Shown here: positions 1-8,940 of the stretch, in pieces
How positions within the stretch are numbered: the first letter of the stretch is position 1
Layout: each line of letters begins with the position of its first letter
From: a virus
IMG/VR virus record: IMGVR_UViG_3300042261_001929
Span: 1-64,000 of that record
DNA length: 64,000 bases
Strand: one strand, 5' to 3'
The notes under the pieces: generated by a model
Database searches by the model: none
What the model was told of the DNA's origin: nothing
Seen by the model: only the letters and a program-made list of their open reading frames with translations
Program-made: the position numbers and the translations under genes

Positions 1-457
1 GCTTGACTTCTGAGGTTGGTACACCCTGCTTATATGTTTGCCTATGTACCCCACCCTCGCGATGTACCTCGACAATCATCCAGCGCGACAGGGCATTTAC
101 CACAGAAATACCGACACCATGCAACCCACCTGAGCACTTATAGGTGTCATGGTCAAATTTACCTCCAGCATGCAGAATTGTGGTCACAAGCTCCAGTCCG
201 CTTTTTCCATATTGTGTATTAATATCAACGGGAATGCCACGCCCATTGTCGATAACAGTAATGCTCCCATCTAAATTCAATATAACATCAATTTTGTTAC
301 AAAAACCAGCAAGCGCCTCATCAACACTGTTGTCAACAACTTCATAAACAAGATGATGGAGTCCATTTGTATCCACGGACCCGATATACATTGATGGCCT
401 ATGTCTTACGGCCTCTAAACCTTCCAATACCTGAATTGAATCTGCTCCATATTCCAA
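1..457 (-). CDS. gyrB: DNA gyrase/type IIA topoisomerase subunit B, N-terminal part (runs off window)
   Basis: Manual translation from TTG at 457 (GGTGA SD upstream): [25 protein letters not shown]...[18 protein letters not shown]...DNGRGIP...LHAGGKF...[16 protein letters not shown]. Absent from the ORF track. Confidence 0.93.
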   Translation of the reverse strand, partial: MEYGADSIQVLEGLEAVRHRPSMYIGSVDTNGLHHLVYEVVDNSVDEALAGFCNKIDVILNLDGSITVIDNGRGIPVDINTQYGKSGLELVTTILHAGGKFDHDTYKCSGGLHGVGISVVNALSRWMIVEVHREGGVHRQTYKQGVPTSEVK

Positions 458-539
458 GATTTTCACCTTCGGTAGAAGCAATGCGTTCAAGGTATAAAAG
501 AGTTTCGCTAAAAAGGGTGTTAAAAGGTAAAAGAGTTTA

Positions 540-875
540 TTAATTTCTTATTATTTTGTATATCTTCTGATTGCCATCACTGTCGTTGTACCTATAAACC
601 GTCAATTTAACAGTGTCTCCGATGTGCGTATCATCAAACCAAAGATCCTCGTCGTCTATGGACTCTTTTATACCCAATACGTCAACCATTGTGTAATAAT
701 GTCTATGTGATGTTTTTCCTGTCGTGTGGTACTCTCCCCATCTATCAATTATTTTCCCGTCAATCACAACCCTGTCACATTTTTCTGTCATCGAATCGTC
801 ATACAGCGCCCATAATAAAACCATCATGGCAAATCCACCTAAAATAATTGCCATTATCCAATCTCCTTTATCCAA
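540..875 (-). CDS. Hypothetical protein with N-terminal membrane anchor
   Basis: One hydrophobic helix followed by a small beta-rich domain; similar layout to 38849..39148. Confidence 0.55.
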   Translation of the reverse strand: MDKGDWIMAIILGGFAMMVLLWALYDDSMTEKCDRVVIDGKIIDRWGEYHTTGKTSHRHYYTMVDVLGIKESIDDEDLWFDDTHIGDTVKLTVYRYNDSDGNQKIYKIIRN

Positions 876-997
876 AATCTCATCTCCATAATGACTGTAT
901 ATTATATAAAAATATATCTATATTTATTATGCTAACAAAACCATTTAACTTATCATCAAATGTCGGCATTCTCTTTTTAAATTCCGAAAAAATAGTG

Positions 998-1018
998 ATC
1001 CCGACAAGTTGTCGGGAT
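998..1018. terminator. Perfect inverted repeat, possible terminator or operator
   Basis: ATCCCGACAA-G-TTGTCGGGAT just downstream of 1032..1616. Confidence 0.45.
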
Positions 1019-1031
1019 AACTGTCTGAATT

Positions 1032-1616
1032 TTAGTTAGCCACTCCTGTATGCATGAAGGTCAGCTCAGCCGGAGTCAGTGGCTTATCTGATTCTACAAT
1101 GATAAACGTGCCTGCTGGTATGATTTTTACATAATTTCCAGCCGTGGTGAAGTAGAAGAAATATTGTCCACTGTCACCAAATGTTCCATCCTCTTCGACC
1201 GCCTCTTGTGTAACCGCAATCCTTCCATTCAACAAGAACGGAATACCGTTGAAATTGTTATCCGATATTGGATAATAGTTTGGATACGTGTCTACAATGG
1301 TCCTTGGCGTAAGTCTCTTTCCTGAAGAGACGATCTTATACAGTACCACATCTTGCATGCAGATTTGACCGTTCTGCCCGATCATATAAATGTACTTTTG
1401 CACGCCTGGGCGGTTATCACGATCGAGCTTCATATTGAGCAAAAGTTGTTCAACAGTCTTGTTATCTTCAACTGGTTTAACCTTCGGTGTGCTCATTGCC
1501 ACGCCTGATGCAGACATTGGCACCACACCTTGGTTTCTTTCAGCGCACCCACTCATCGATACCACAATCAAAACTGCTAACAACAGTCCGATCGCTCCCA
1601 AATTCAAATGCTTCAT
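1032..1616 (-). CDS. Predicted lipoprotein
   Basis: Signal peptide with lipobox-like SMSGC. Confidence 0.65.
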   Translation of the reverse strand: MKHLNLGAIGLLLAVLIVVSMSGCAERNQGVVPMSASGVAMSTPKVKPVEDNKTVEQLLLNMKLDRDNRPGVQKYIYMIGQNGQICMQDVVLYKIVSSGKRLTPRTIVDTYPNYYPISDNNFNGIPFLLNGRIAVTQEAVEEDGTFGDSGQYFFYFTTAGNYVKIIPAGTFIIVESDKPLTPAELTFMHTGVAN

Positions 1617-1627
1617 GTTCTCACCTA

Positions 1628-2125
1628 TTATAACCCTTTCATTTCGTTTCCATAACTATACTCAGGGATTCTATCAGGCAACTGGTTAAAGTCTTCCTTT
1701 GATGGAACACCCTTTGGCCAATTACCAAGATCAGCGATGTTCATATTCCACTGACTTTTCGCTACATTGTAGTTCATGACAACCCTATTTCTGTTCGCGA
1801 TGGTTCCCATGATCTCTGATATGGTTTTAGCATGTAGTTGTTTTGTCGTGCGGTCCCACTTCTTTCTTTCTTCCTCGCTCGTGTTTCCGTTGATCGCCTT
1901 TGCCGTGTTTATCATGCCTACAATATTGGCATCGGCAGCATCAATTGCTCCTTTCTGAGACTGGAACCACTCATATCTTTCTTGAATCCGAGATGGTTGA
2001 ATTTCCTTAACAACGACATCAACGGTTTTGTCTGCATAGTCAGTCGTGAAAAATAGAACCTTTGCTCCAACAACCAAAACACCAATCAATATGCATATTC
2101 CTATCCATTTCAATTCATTTGACAT
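1628..2125 (-). CDS. Membrane-anchored helical protein
   Basis: N-terminal TM helix and long helical body; lies directly upstream of the lipoprotein gene. Confidence 0.6.
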   Translation of the reverse strand: MSNELKWIGICILIGVLVVGAKVLFFTTDYADKTVDVVVKEIQPSRIQERYEWFQSQKGAIDAADANIVGMINTAKAINGNTSEEERKKWDRTTKQLHAKTISEIMGTIANRNRVVMNYNVAKSQWNMNIADLGNWPKGVPSKEDFNQLPDRIPEYSYGNEMKGL

Positions 2126-2204
2126 ACAAAAATAGGATAGTGTTGATCTAATATAAATAGATTACGATCCACCACAATCTTTTTATACATTATTGTGTTA
2201 ATAG

Positions 2205-2930
2205 ATGAGTATGATAAACGAAGCAAAGTTGAGAGAAGAGATGGAGTTTGTATCGTCGTTATCGAACGATATAAAGTCAATGGCTGTGATGTCATGTCTT
2301 TTTAAATGCCAGCAATGTGGAAAATGTTGTAATGATATCGATGGCGTGTCTGTTGATAAGGAAGATATAAAGCGTATTTCAAATGAATTAGGGCATGGTA
2401 TCAATTGGTTTATGAAAAATATGATCGAAGATGTCAAACATCCAGATGATGGTGTATACTTTTTGAAGGATACTAAACTCAAAAGAAGATGTATATTTTA
2501 TGATAATGGGTGTACAATTTATTCAAAACGACCAAAAATATGCAGGTGCTATCCATGCTTCAATGCTGATGATAATGGAATGAGATTCCATATGTACACT
2601 ACATGCCCAGGATCAGTTTCACTGGCAAAAGAGATTTTATATTACAAAACGCATGTAATAGATCCTTCTGAACCAATGTCAACCGATGAGATGACCTCAT
2701 ACGGTATTATAGTTATAGCTGCATATATCCATGTTTGTGAGACCTCGTTAATATCAAAAGATCTTAAAAAAGAACCGAAAAAAGTATTTCCAGAAATCAT
2801 GAAAATGATCAATTTAGATAAAATTGATATTTCGACCGGAAATGGGAGGGCAATAGCAATGAGCTTCCTTGCCCGATACGTACATAACATTGAAGAGTTT
2901 TTTACTCAACTCCAAAATGATAAAAAATAA
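2205..2930 (+). CDS. YkgJ-family (CxxCxxCC) cysteine cluster protein
   Basis: FKCQQCGKCC ... CIFYDNGCTIYSKRPKICRCYP. Confidence 0.8.
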   Translation: MSMINEAKLREEMEFVSSLSNDIKSMAVMSCLFKCQQCGKCCNDIDGVSVDKEDIKRISNELGHGINWFMKNMIEDVKHPDDGVYFLKDTKLKRRCIFYDNGCTIYSKRPKICRCYPCFNADDNGMRFHMYTTCPGSVSLAKEILYYKTHVIDPSEPMSTDEMTSYGIIVIAAYIHVCETSLISKDLKKEPKKVFPEIMKMINLDKIDISTGNGRAIAMSFLARYVHNIEEFFTQLQNDKK

Positions 2931-2931
2931 C

Positions 2932-5900
2932 CTATTCTTTTTCATTTTTTATATAATTATCTACATAATCATCATAAAACCATTCATAATCATCTTCCCA
3001 TCCATCTTGGAATGGGTTTTCGTTGGTTCTAACGTCCAGAACTTCTGAAAAACGGGGTTTTCCTTTGTGAGTACCAATGCCAATCAGAGCATCATATCCC
3101 TCTTTTCTTATTCGGGCAGCTATTATATGCTCTTGGATTGCATATCTTCTTAGGTTCCCTTTTTTTGTGTTTTCATAAATTTCATTTGCATATCCTGGAT
3201 CTCCTCCATACCTTTCTAAAATATTTTCGATTTCAGAAACCACCTTATTAGGAGATACCTGACCAGTATTTACGTAGTAAGAAGCACCTGTAATTTTCTT
3301 GGAAATTTCGTCCTGTAATGCCATCAATTTGGATTTTCCTTCAAGAAGTGTATATGCCCTTTCAGGAACTGCTCCCCCCGTCGCGCCTTTTATTATAAGC
3401 GGGTTCCTAAAGATTGTTTTGCCCTCCATTCTTTCGGGTCCGCCATATTCATTTTTTGTCGATTTATAATGTCTTGCATAAGGCGATTTGGCTTCCGGTA
3501 GATAAAAAACTCCAGATCTTAATGCTAATGATCCTGCTTGCTCTGGTTCTTGGTATCTTACCACTGTCATTTCCAATCCCTTGTCCGTTACTTTTGCCCC
3601 TTCTGTATTTGTTATTGCATCACGAACTTCTGGTCTTGATAATGTTTCAGCACGTTTGGATGACATAAATATTTGAAAATCATCTCTTGACTTAACATCC
3701 TTTATGCTCTTAAAAGTAGCACTGGAAACCGATGACTTAGTATCGGCGCACTCATTCGTGTCAGGATTTTTATCTCCTTTCTTGCATTTATAGTTAAGTT
3801 TAATAGCCTCAATTGGCTCTACATATACCTCATTTTGTTTCATACCTGATTTAAATTTAACTCCTTTTATGAATTCTAGTCCATATTTGTCACATGCTTT
3901 CTTCAATTGTGTACGCGAATCTTCCAAATCCCCTGTTGTACGAAACTCTTTTTCGATTGCACTTGTGCTTAGCGTATAAAAGTTCTTAAGCTTTTTGCTG
4001 TCCGCATTGTCCGGTACCTGAATTATATCCATCTCATCATCTTTTACCATAACGCCCATAGTAGAGCTATAATTGTCCTTCCAGCTCTGCTTGAACATAT
4101 TAATATCGCCAGCGGAGAAGGAAGAAACGCCCTCAAATGATGGAATATCAAGAAGGTTGCCATCCTTGTCACGGCTCTGCCCACCATGTGAGTGAATATT
4201 CACAAGGTCCGTTCTATCCTCTTTTGGTATTTTTGCCAAGTCTTTGTGTTTGAATATCGATCCATCCTTTGTTATCCAAAATCCAGTGTCTGACGTTGTC
4301 AACAATTTTCCTTTTTTTGGTATGTAACCATGATGCAGTCTCCTGACATCCTCTGAAATTGCTTTTTCTACAGCACTGACAATTATAGAATTTTTTCCGT
4401 TGACTGATTCCGTTTTTTCGGTAGTTTGAACTTTACTTCTCAAATAATTCTCGATTTCTCCCTTTATTTCATCAGGGCTTAGATTGGGTTGAATACCAAG
4501 CGTGCTCAGTCTTGAAAAGTATTTCGATTTAGATCCGTCTTTTATTTTCATGACAGTAAAATCAGGGACATTTTTTTGGTCACTTGATGAAAGCATTCCA
4601 ACCGCTTTCAATATGTTACCATTTTGTTCCTTATTATTTGCACGCACAATAATTTCTTTATCACCATATTTGAACCTTGTAATATGCACACCACCAAGCT
4701 CTGGAATGTACGTTTGAGAAACTTCCTTAAATTTTTGACTTCCACCAACTTTTCCACCGCAAGACCCCTCGCCAGTTCCCACCTTCTCGTCATCAGGACA
4801 ATTTGAATTTGACTTTATACCTTCACAAAATTTTCCAGTTTCAGGGTCGTGACACTCGTTAGAATTTTCTTTGATCGGATTGTGTGTCTTTCTCAGGTCA
4901 AAAACCTCTGACAGTCTGGTTGACTTTCCACCTTCTCGCTCAATGCCTATGACCGAATCATACCCCTTGGCACGTATCGCGTGCGCGAAGATATGTTCCT
5001 TAACAGTAAGTCCAATTACATCAGGCGAATCCTCATTTTTCAGAGTGTCATAGATAGGTTTTGCAAAGGTCTTATCCCCACCAAATCCAGACAAAACATT
5101 CTCAATATTACGTATAATGTTATCGGGACCATCACCATCTTCAATCAGTGTCGTGATATTTTCATAAACAACCTTGTTCAACTTATTTAATATTTTATCG
5201 CCCTTTATAGAGACATATGCTCTCTCAGGTACTTCTCCCCCTGTCGTACCTTTTATAATCAATGGATTTTTAAAGACCGCACGCTCTTGAATTTTTTCTG
5301 ATCCACCATATATGTTCGATTCTGGATTATCATATGCTGTTTCTAGAGGAGAATTTTTTTCAGGAAGATAGAAGACACCTGTACGTAGTGCCAATGATCC
5401 TGACTGTGATGGTTCTTGAAACCGTGTTATATCCAACTCAATACCATCTTTTGTCAGTTTTGCCCCTTTGGTATTACGAATTGCATTTTTTAAACCTATA
5501 TTATCATATTCTTTTATAAGATCTCGTGATCCGCCGCATGTGAATCTTCCCGCTTCGTGTGAGTCCAATGGACATTTTGAATTTTCCTTATGAGTAATTG
5601 ATATATCATCAGGAACTACATATTCCTCACTTTGACCATCATTTTCCACGCGAGTTTGCATCCAAGGGGTATTGTCTACATCTCCGGTAGCTGGTTTTTC
5701 ATCAGGAGCATCTAAATAACCCTTTTCGATAAGTTTTTGCCTCTGAAATTGCGTAAGATCTTTCTCGCGCAGGGTTATCATAGAACATCTGCACGATGGG
5801 TGACTATCTTGGGGTATCTCATATAAATCGTTTGTATCCGGATCGACAAAAGGTTCATCTACCGGCACAATGGAGTTCATCACGCCTTCCTTTTCATTGT

Positions 5901-6486
5901 CGATAAACCGCTTACATATCTTACATGAACGATCGTCGCCTATTACCATCCATTGCTTAAACTCCCTGTCAAGCTTCTTGGCAACTCCAAGGACCGCTTC
6001 GTTTTGTGTCCTGTGGTGCTCAGATCTGTATATCATTTTCATTCGCGAAGGGCTCAGCGTATAATTATCCCTATATTTGCGTTCAAACTCGCGCTCTCCG
6101 ACACCCCAGCTATCTTTAAGATCTTTTTTGAGCCTATTGATATCGGTTTGTGTGAGCATTTTTGCCAATTTTAAACCATGATCTTCGAAATATTCTCCTG
6201 CTAAAGACTCCGCAAATCCTTCATCATTAAAAAATGCCTTCGGCTCTGCTTTTTTTACACTATTTACATAACTGTCCTTTATCCCACCATTCCAAATCAT
6301 TGACCATAACTTGAAATTTTTCAATAACAGGCTTTTTCCCACTTTTTTCTGTATATTTAACCACATTATTTCCAATTTGCTTGGGAATTTGCCTTTCGGA
6401 TTCTCCAATTTCTTTGTAGCCTCGGTAAGTTTTCTTCTAAATTGAGGGGAATTCATATCAAAATCATTTATAGGCATATATATCAA
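2932..6486 (-). CDS. MuF/SPP1 gp7-like head morphogenesis protein fused to two ART-like domains and a JAB-like domain
   Basis: MuF motifs KQW...DDRSCKIC...HPSCRC. A duplicated domain GVFYLPE...FxNPLIIKG...GYD...SEV. NIHSH...FSAGD. Four KxN-Cys tags. Confidence 0.8.
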   Translation of the reverse strand: MIYMPINDFDMNSPQFRRKLTEATKKLENPKGKFPSKLEIMWLNIQKKVGKSLLLKNFKLWSMIWNGGIKDSYVNSVKKAEPKAFFNDEGFAESLAGEYFEDHGLKLAKMLTQTDINRLKKDLKDSWGVGEREFERKYRDNYTLSPSRMKMIYRSEHHRTQNEAVLGVAKKLDREFKQWMVIGDDRSCKICKRFIDNEKEGVMNSIVPVDEPFVDPDTNDLYEIPQDSHPSCRCSMITLREKDLTQFQRQKLIEKGYLDAPDEKPATGDVDNTPWMQTRVENDGQSEEYVVPDDISITHKENSKCPLDSHEAGRFTCGGSRDLIKEYDNIGLKNAIRNTKGAKLTKDGIELDITRFQEPSQSGSLALRTGVFYLPEKNSPLETAYDNPESNIYGGSEKIQERAVFKNPLIIKGTTGGEVPERAYVSIKGDKILNKLNKVVYENITTLIEDGDGPDNIIRNIENVLSGFGGDKTFAKPIYDTLKNEDSPDVIGLTVKEHIFAHAIRAKGYDSVIGIEREGGKSTRLSEVFDLRKTHNPIKENSNECHDPETGKFCEGIKSNSNCPDDEKVGTGEGSCGGKVGGSQKFKEVSQTYIPELGGVHITRFKYGDKEIIVRANNKEQNGNILKAVGMLSSSDQKNVPDFTVMKIKDGSKSKYFSRLSTLGIQPNLSPDEIKGEIENYLRSKVQTTEKTESVNGKNSIIVSAVEKAISEDVRRLHHGYIPKKGKLLTTSDTGFWITKDGSIFKHKDLAKIPKEDRTDLVNIHSHGGQSRDKDGNLLDIPSFEGVSSFSAGDINMFKQSWKDNYSSTMGVMVKDDEMDIIQVPDNADSKKLKNFYTLSTSAIEKEFRTTGDLEDSRTQLKKACDKYGLEFIKGVKFKSGMKQNEVYVEPIEAIKLNYKCKKGDKNPDTNECADTKSSVSSATFKSIKDVKSRDDFQIFMSSKRAETLSRPEVRDAITNTEGAKVTDKGLEMTVVRYQEPEQAGSLALRSGVFYLPEAKSPYARHYKSTKNEYGGPERMEGKTIFRNPLIIKGATGGAVPERAYTLLEGKSKLMALQDEISKKITGASYYVNTGQVSPNKVVSEIENILERYGGDPGYANEIYENTKKGNLRRYAIQEHIIAARIRKEGYDALIGIGTHKGKPRFSEVLDVRTNENPFQDGWEDDYEWFYDDYVDNYIKNEKE

Positions 6487-6523
6487 ATTAGAAATAACGT
6501 AAAGGGGAAAACGTAAAAAAGAG

Positions 6524-6760
6524 TTAAAATGTTTTGACTATTTTATCAATTTCCTTCTTAAGGGCGGATGAGTTCGTTTTTGAAAAGTCAAATGCCCAAT
6601 TTACCCACGCCTCATATGCCGCCTTCCCCTTTTCAGTGCTATATGCTGGCATATCGACTCCATATGTTTCTTGGTAAAACGCCTGTGCGTGTTCAAGCAT
6701 TGTCATCTTTTCTGGATTTTTTGTAATAGGCATCACCATCTGTATTTTAGCACCCATCAA
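6524..6760 (-). CDS. Hypothetical protein
   Basis: 78 aa ORF upstream of the MuF gene. Confidence 0.5.
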   Translation of the reverse strand: MMGAKIQMVMPITKNPEKMTMLEHAQAFYQETYGVDMPAYSTEKGKAAYEAWVNWAFDFSKTNSSALKKEIDKIVKTF

Positions 6761-6906
6761 CTAAAGAAAAAAGAAAGATCAAAAAGATCCTTCTTTTCCC
6801 TTGGTTGGTTTTTTGGGTAGATGCTATTACACTGGTAAAGTACTTAAAGGTTTTGGCACAAAGATTTAAATAGAAAAACACCCAACGTGGTAATCAGTGA
6901 ATTAAC

Positions 6907-7146
6907 ATGGTTGACAAAAATGGATTCTACAATAAATATAGTATAACTAGAACTGATGGAACACCGATTAATAGAGATGAGGAGCATTTTGTCTTAAAGC
7001 TCGATTCTGATAGGTTTGCTCGCGATGCCGCAATTTACTATGCCCAAATATCCAATAATGCGTTGCTAGAAAGTGACCTGCGCATACTGTTTAAGCAAAG
7101 AGGATGGGATTTTAGTAAATTGAAGCACTCACCAAGGGTACCATAA
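6907..7146 (+). CDS. Hypothetical phage-type protein
   Basis: GFYNKY..RTDG..FVLKLD.DRFA; TATA-like GATTTAAATA upstream. Confidence 0.6.
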   Translation: MVDKNGFYNKYSITRTDGTPINRDEEHFVLKLDSDRFARDAAIYYAQISNNALLESDLRILFKQRGWDFSKLKHSPRVP

Positions 7147-7179
7147 GCCTTATATACGAAAGCTGTGCAATAGCATGTT

Positions 7180-8403
7180 ATGTTATCCACTGAGAAGGTT
7201 AACCGATATGTAGGAATGACGGCATCAATTCTGAACGAGAACGTACACATCCTTGGCATGAAGAGAAAAAACATAGTGGACTTTGTTATTGCTAATATCA
7301 AGAATAACGATCGGGGGTACATGAGCACCTATAACCCTCTTATTAGGACCATTGTATCGATCGTACTTGAATCTAGAAGAACCAAGGACGAGTCGTTAAT
7401 TGGACTAATTAACATGATCTGTGATGGAAAGATATATCACATGATTGCTTATGACTTCATTACTGCCACAAAAAATGATTTGAGGTCTAGGAGTATCATA
7501 ATGGCAATGGATGAAGTCAAAAGATCAGAGAGTATGATGGAGTTCATATCAAAGAGTGGTTGTTGGAAGGATACCAACGCTATCATCGATATGGCAAATA
7601 CCCTACAATTCCCTGAGATCCCACACACCGAAGAACATATCTTACAAAACACTATTGCCATAGCATCCAGATTGACCAAGGATGAGATTATGGAGTTGGG
7701 AGCAACCCATATAATTGCGAAACATCTTGGGTTAAGGTTTAAGAGAAAAGAACTTCATCAGGCAATACCACGAGTTGTTAGTATCATGAGGAGAATAAGA
7801 AGTTCAAGCAAAAACATGCCATTGATGAATTTGCTTGATCTGATGTATGAAGGAAAACTAAGTGTCATTACTGGCTACTATTTCACGATTGCTACCGACT
7901 TTGACATCAATACAAGAAATGAATTGATGAATAGCCGTGATTTGGCTGGCATTCATAACTATGTCACGAACTTCAGATACCATCCATCAGAATATAACAA
8001 GCTTTACACTCAACTGAAGAACGGTATCAATACCAATGTTGGTAGATGCAATACTACAGAAAAAATAAAGGAGTATTACAAAGCATTGAACGCGATCTCT
8101 CATCGGCCTATGACACCCCTGAAGGATGCCACAGAGCCACAATCAAATGTGGTGCTCAAATCAGAAAGTGTTAATCCAAGAGACAATCTCAATGTACCTG
8201 ATATACTTGAGGTAAACCTTAAGCTAGATCCCCGCTCATTAGAGATATTGGCACAAATATATAAAACATCAATATGGAATTGCAATTCACTCAACGACGA
8301 GGAAGAGGTCGCTGGATTCTTTGATAAACACTTTGCCCAGATTGATCCAAGGTTTACCAAGACAAAGACTCATGGCATTGATCTATCCAAGATTAATGCT
8401 TAA
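7180..8403 (+). CDS. Hypothetical helical protein with internal duplication
   Basis: 407 aa. LIGLINMICDGKIYHMIAYDFITATKND resembles LMNLLDLMYEGKLSVITGYYFTIATDFD. Confidence 0.65.
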   Translation: MLSTEKVNRYVGMTASILNENVHILGMKRKNIVDFVIANIKNNDRGYMSTYNPLIRTIVSIVLESRRTKDESLIGLINMICDGKIYHMIAYDFITATKNDLRSRSIIMAMDEVKRSESMMEFISKSGCWKDTNAIIDMANTLQFPEIPHTEEHILQNTIAIASRLTKDEIMELGATHIIAKHLGLRFKRKELHQAIPRVVSIMRRIRSSSKNMPLMNLLDLMYEGKLSVITGYYFTIATDFDINTRNELMNSRDLAGIHNYVTNFRYHPSEYNKLYTQLKNGINTNVGRCNTTEKIKEYYKALNAISHRPMTPLKDATEPQSNVVLKSESVNPRDNLNVPDILEVNLKLDPRSLEILAQIYKTSIWNCNSLNDEEEVAGFFDKHFAQIDPRFTKTKTHGIDLSKINA

Positions 8404-8454
8404 CTCCCTTTTTTATCGAAACCCTTAAGTAATATCAACGCATACGCTGTTATT

Positions 8455-8934
8455 ATGCTAGAAAGTAACTCATTAAGTGATTTTAATAAAACGTTGAAGA
8501 GCTTACAAGAATGCACTATCCCTACCGCTGTAGAATACCTGATCAAACGGTTATATAACATTGCGGATTCTTATATTGTTACCGATGCGGATATATCAGA
8601 AGAATGGCTAAAGGTCGATACCATAAGAGCTGGTCAATATCATACACAAGGTTTCGGCGCAGAAAAATATGCAAAAGCGGCAGCCGAAAACATAGCATTC
8701 ACGTATTCATACTTTGGTATACCTTCATGGGTTAAAGAGATAGAAAAGCCCGATTTTAAGGATGCATATGATAACATTACAGCGGACAATGACTATGAGG
8801 TGTTTGTGAAGTGTTCAAGAGATCTCGCGACACTTATCAAATACAAAAAAATCGATATCAACGAGGTCGTTAAGAACATGAACACGGCACAGGTAAATCC
8901 TAATGTATTCTTCCCATTTTATAAACCTAGTTAA
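8455..8934 (+). CDS. Hypothetical protein
   Basis: 159 aa ORF with GAAACCCTTAAGTA promoter-like element upstream. Confidence 0.6.
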   Translation: MLESNSLSDFNKTLKSLQECTIPTAVEYLIKRLYNIADSYIVTDADISEEWLKVDTIRAGQYHTQGFGAEKYAKAAAENIAFTYSYFGIPSWVKEIEKPDFKDAYDNITADNDYEVFVKCSRDLATLIKYKKIDINEVVKNMNTAQVNPNVFFPFYKPS

Positions 8935-8940
8935 AATCAT

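Noticed and set aside
16-347. Plus-strand ORFs 16..222 and 144..347
   Set aside because: They are antisense to the clear gyrB reading frame.
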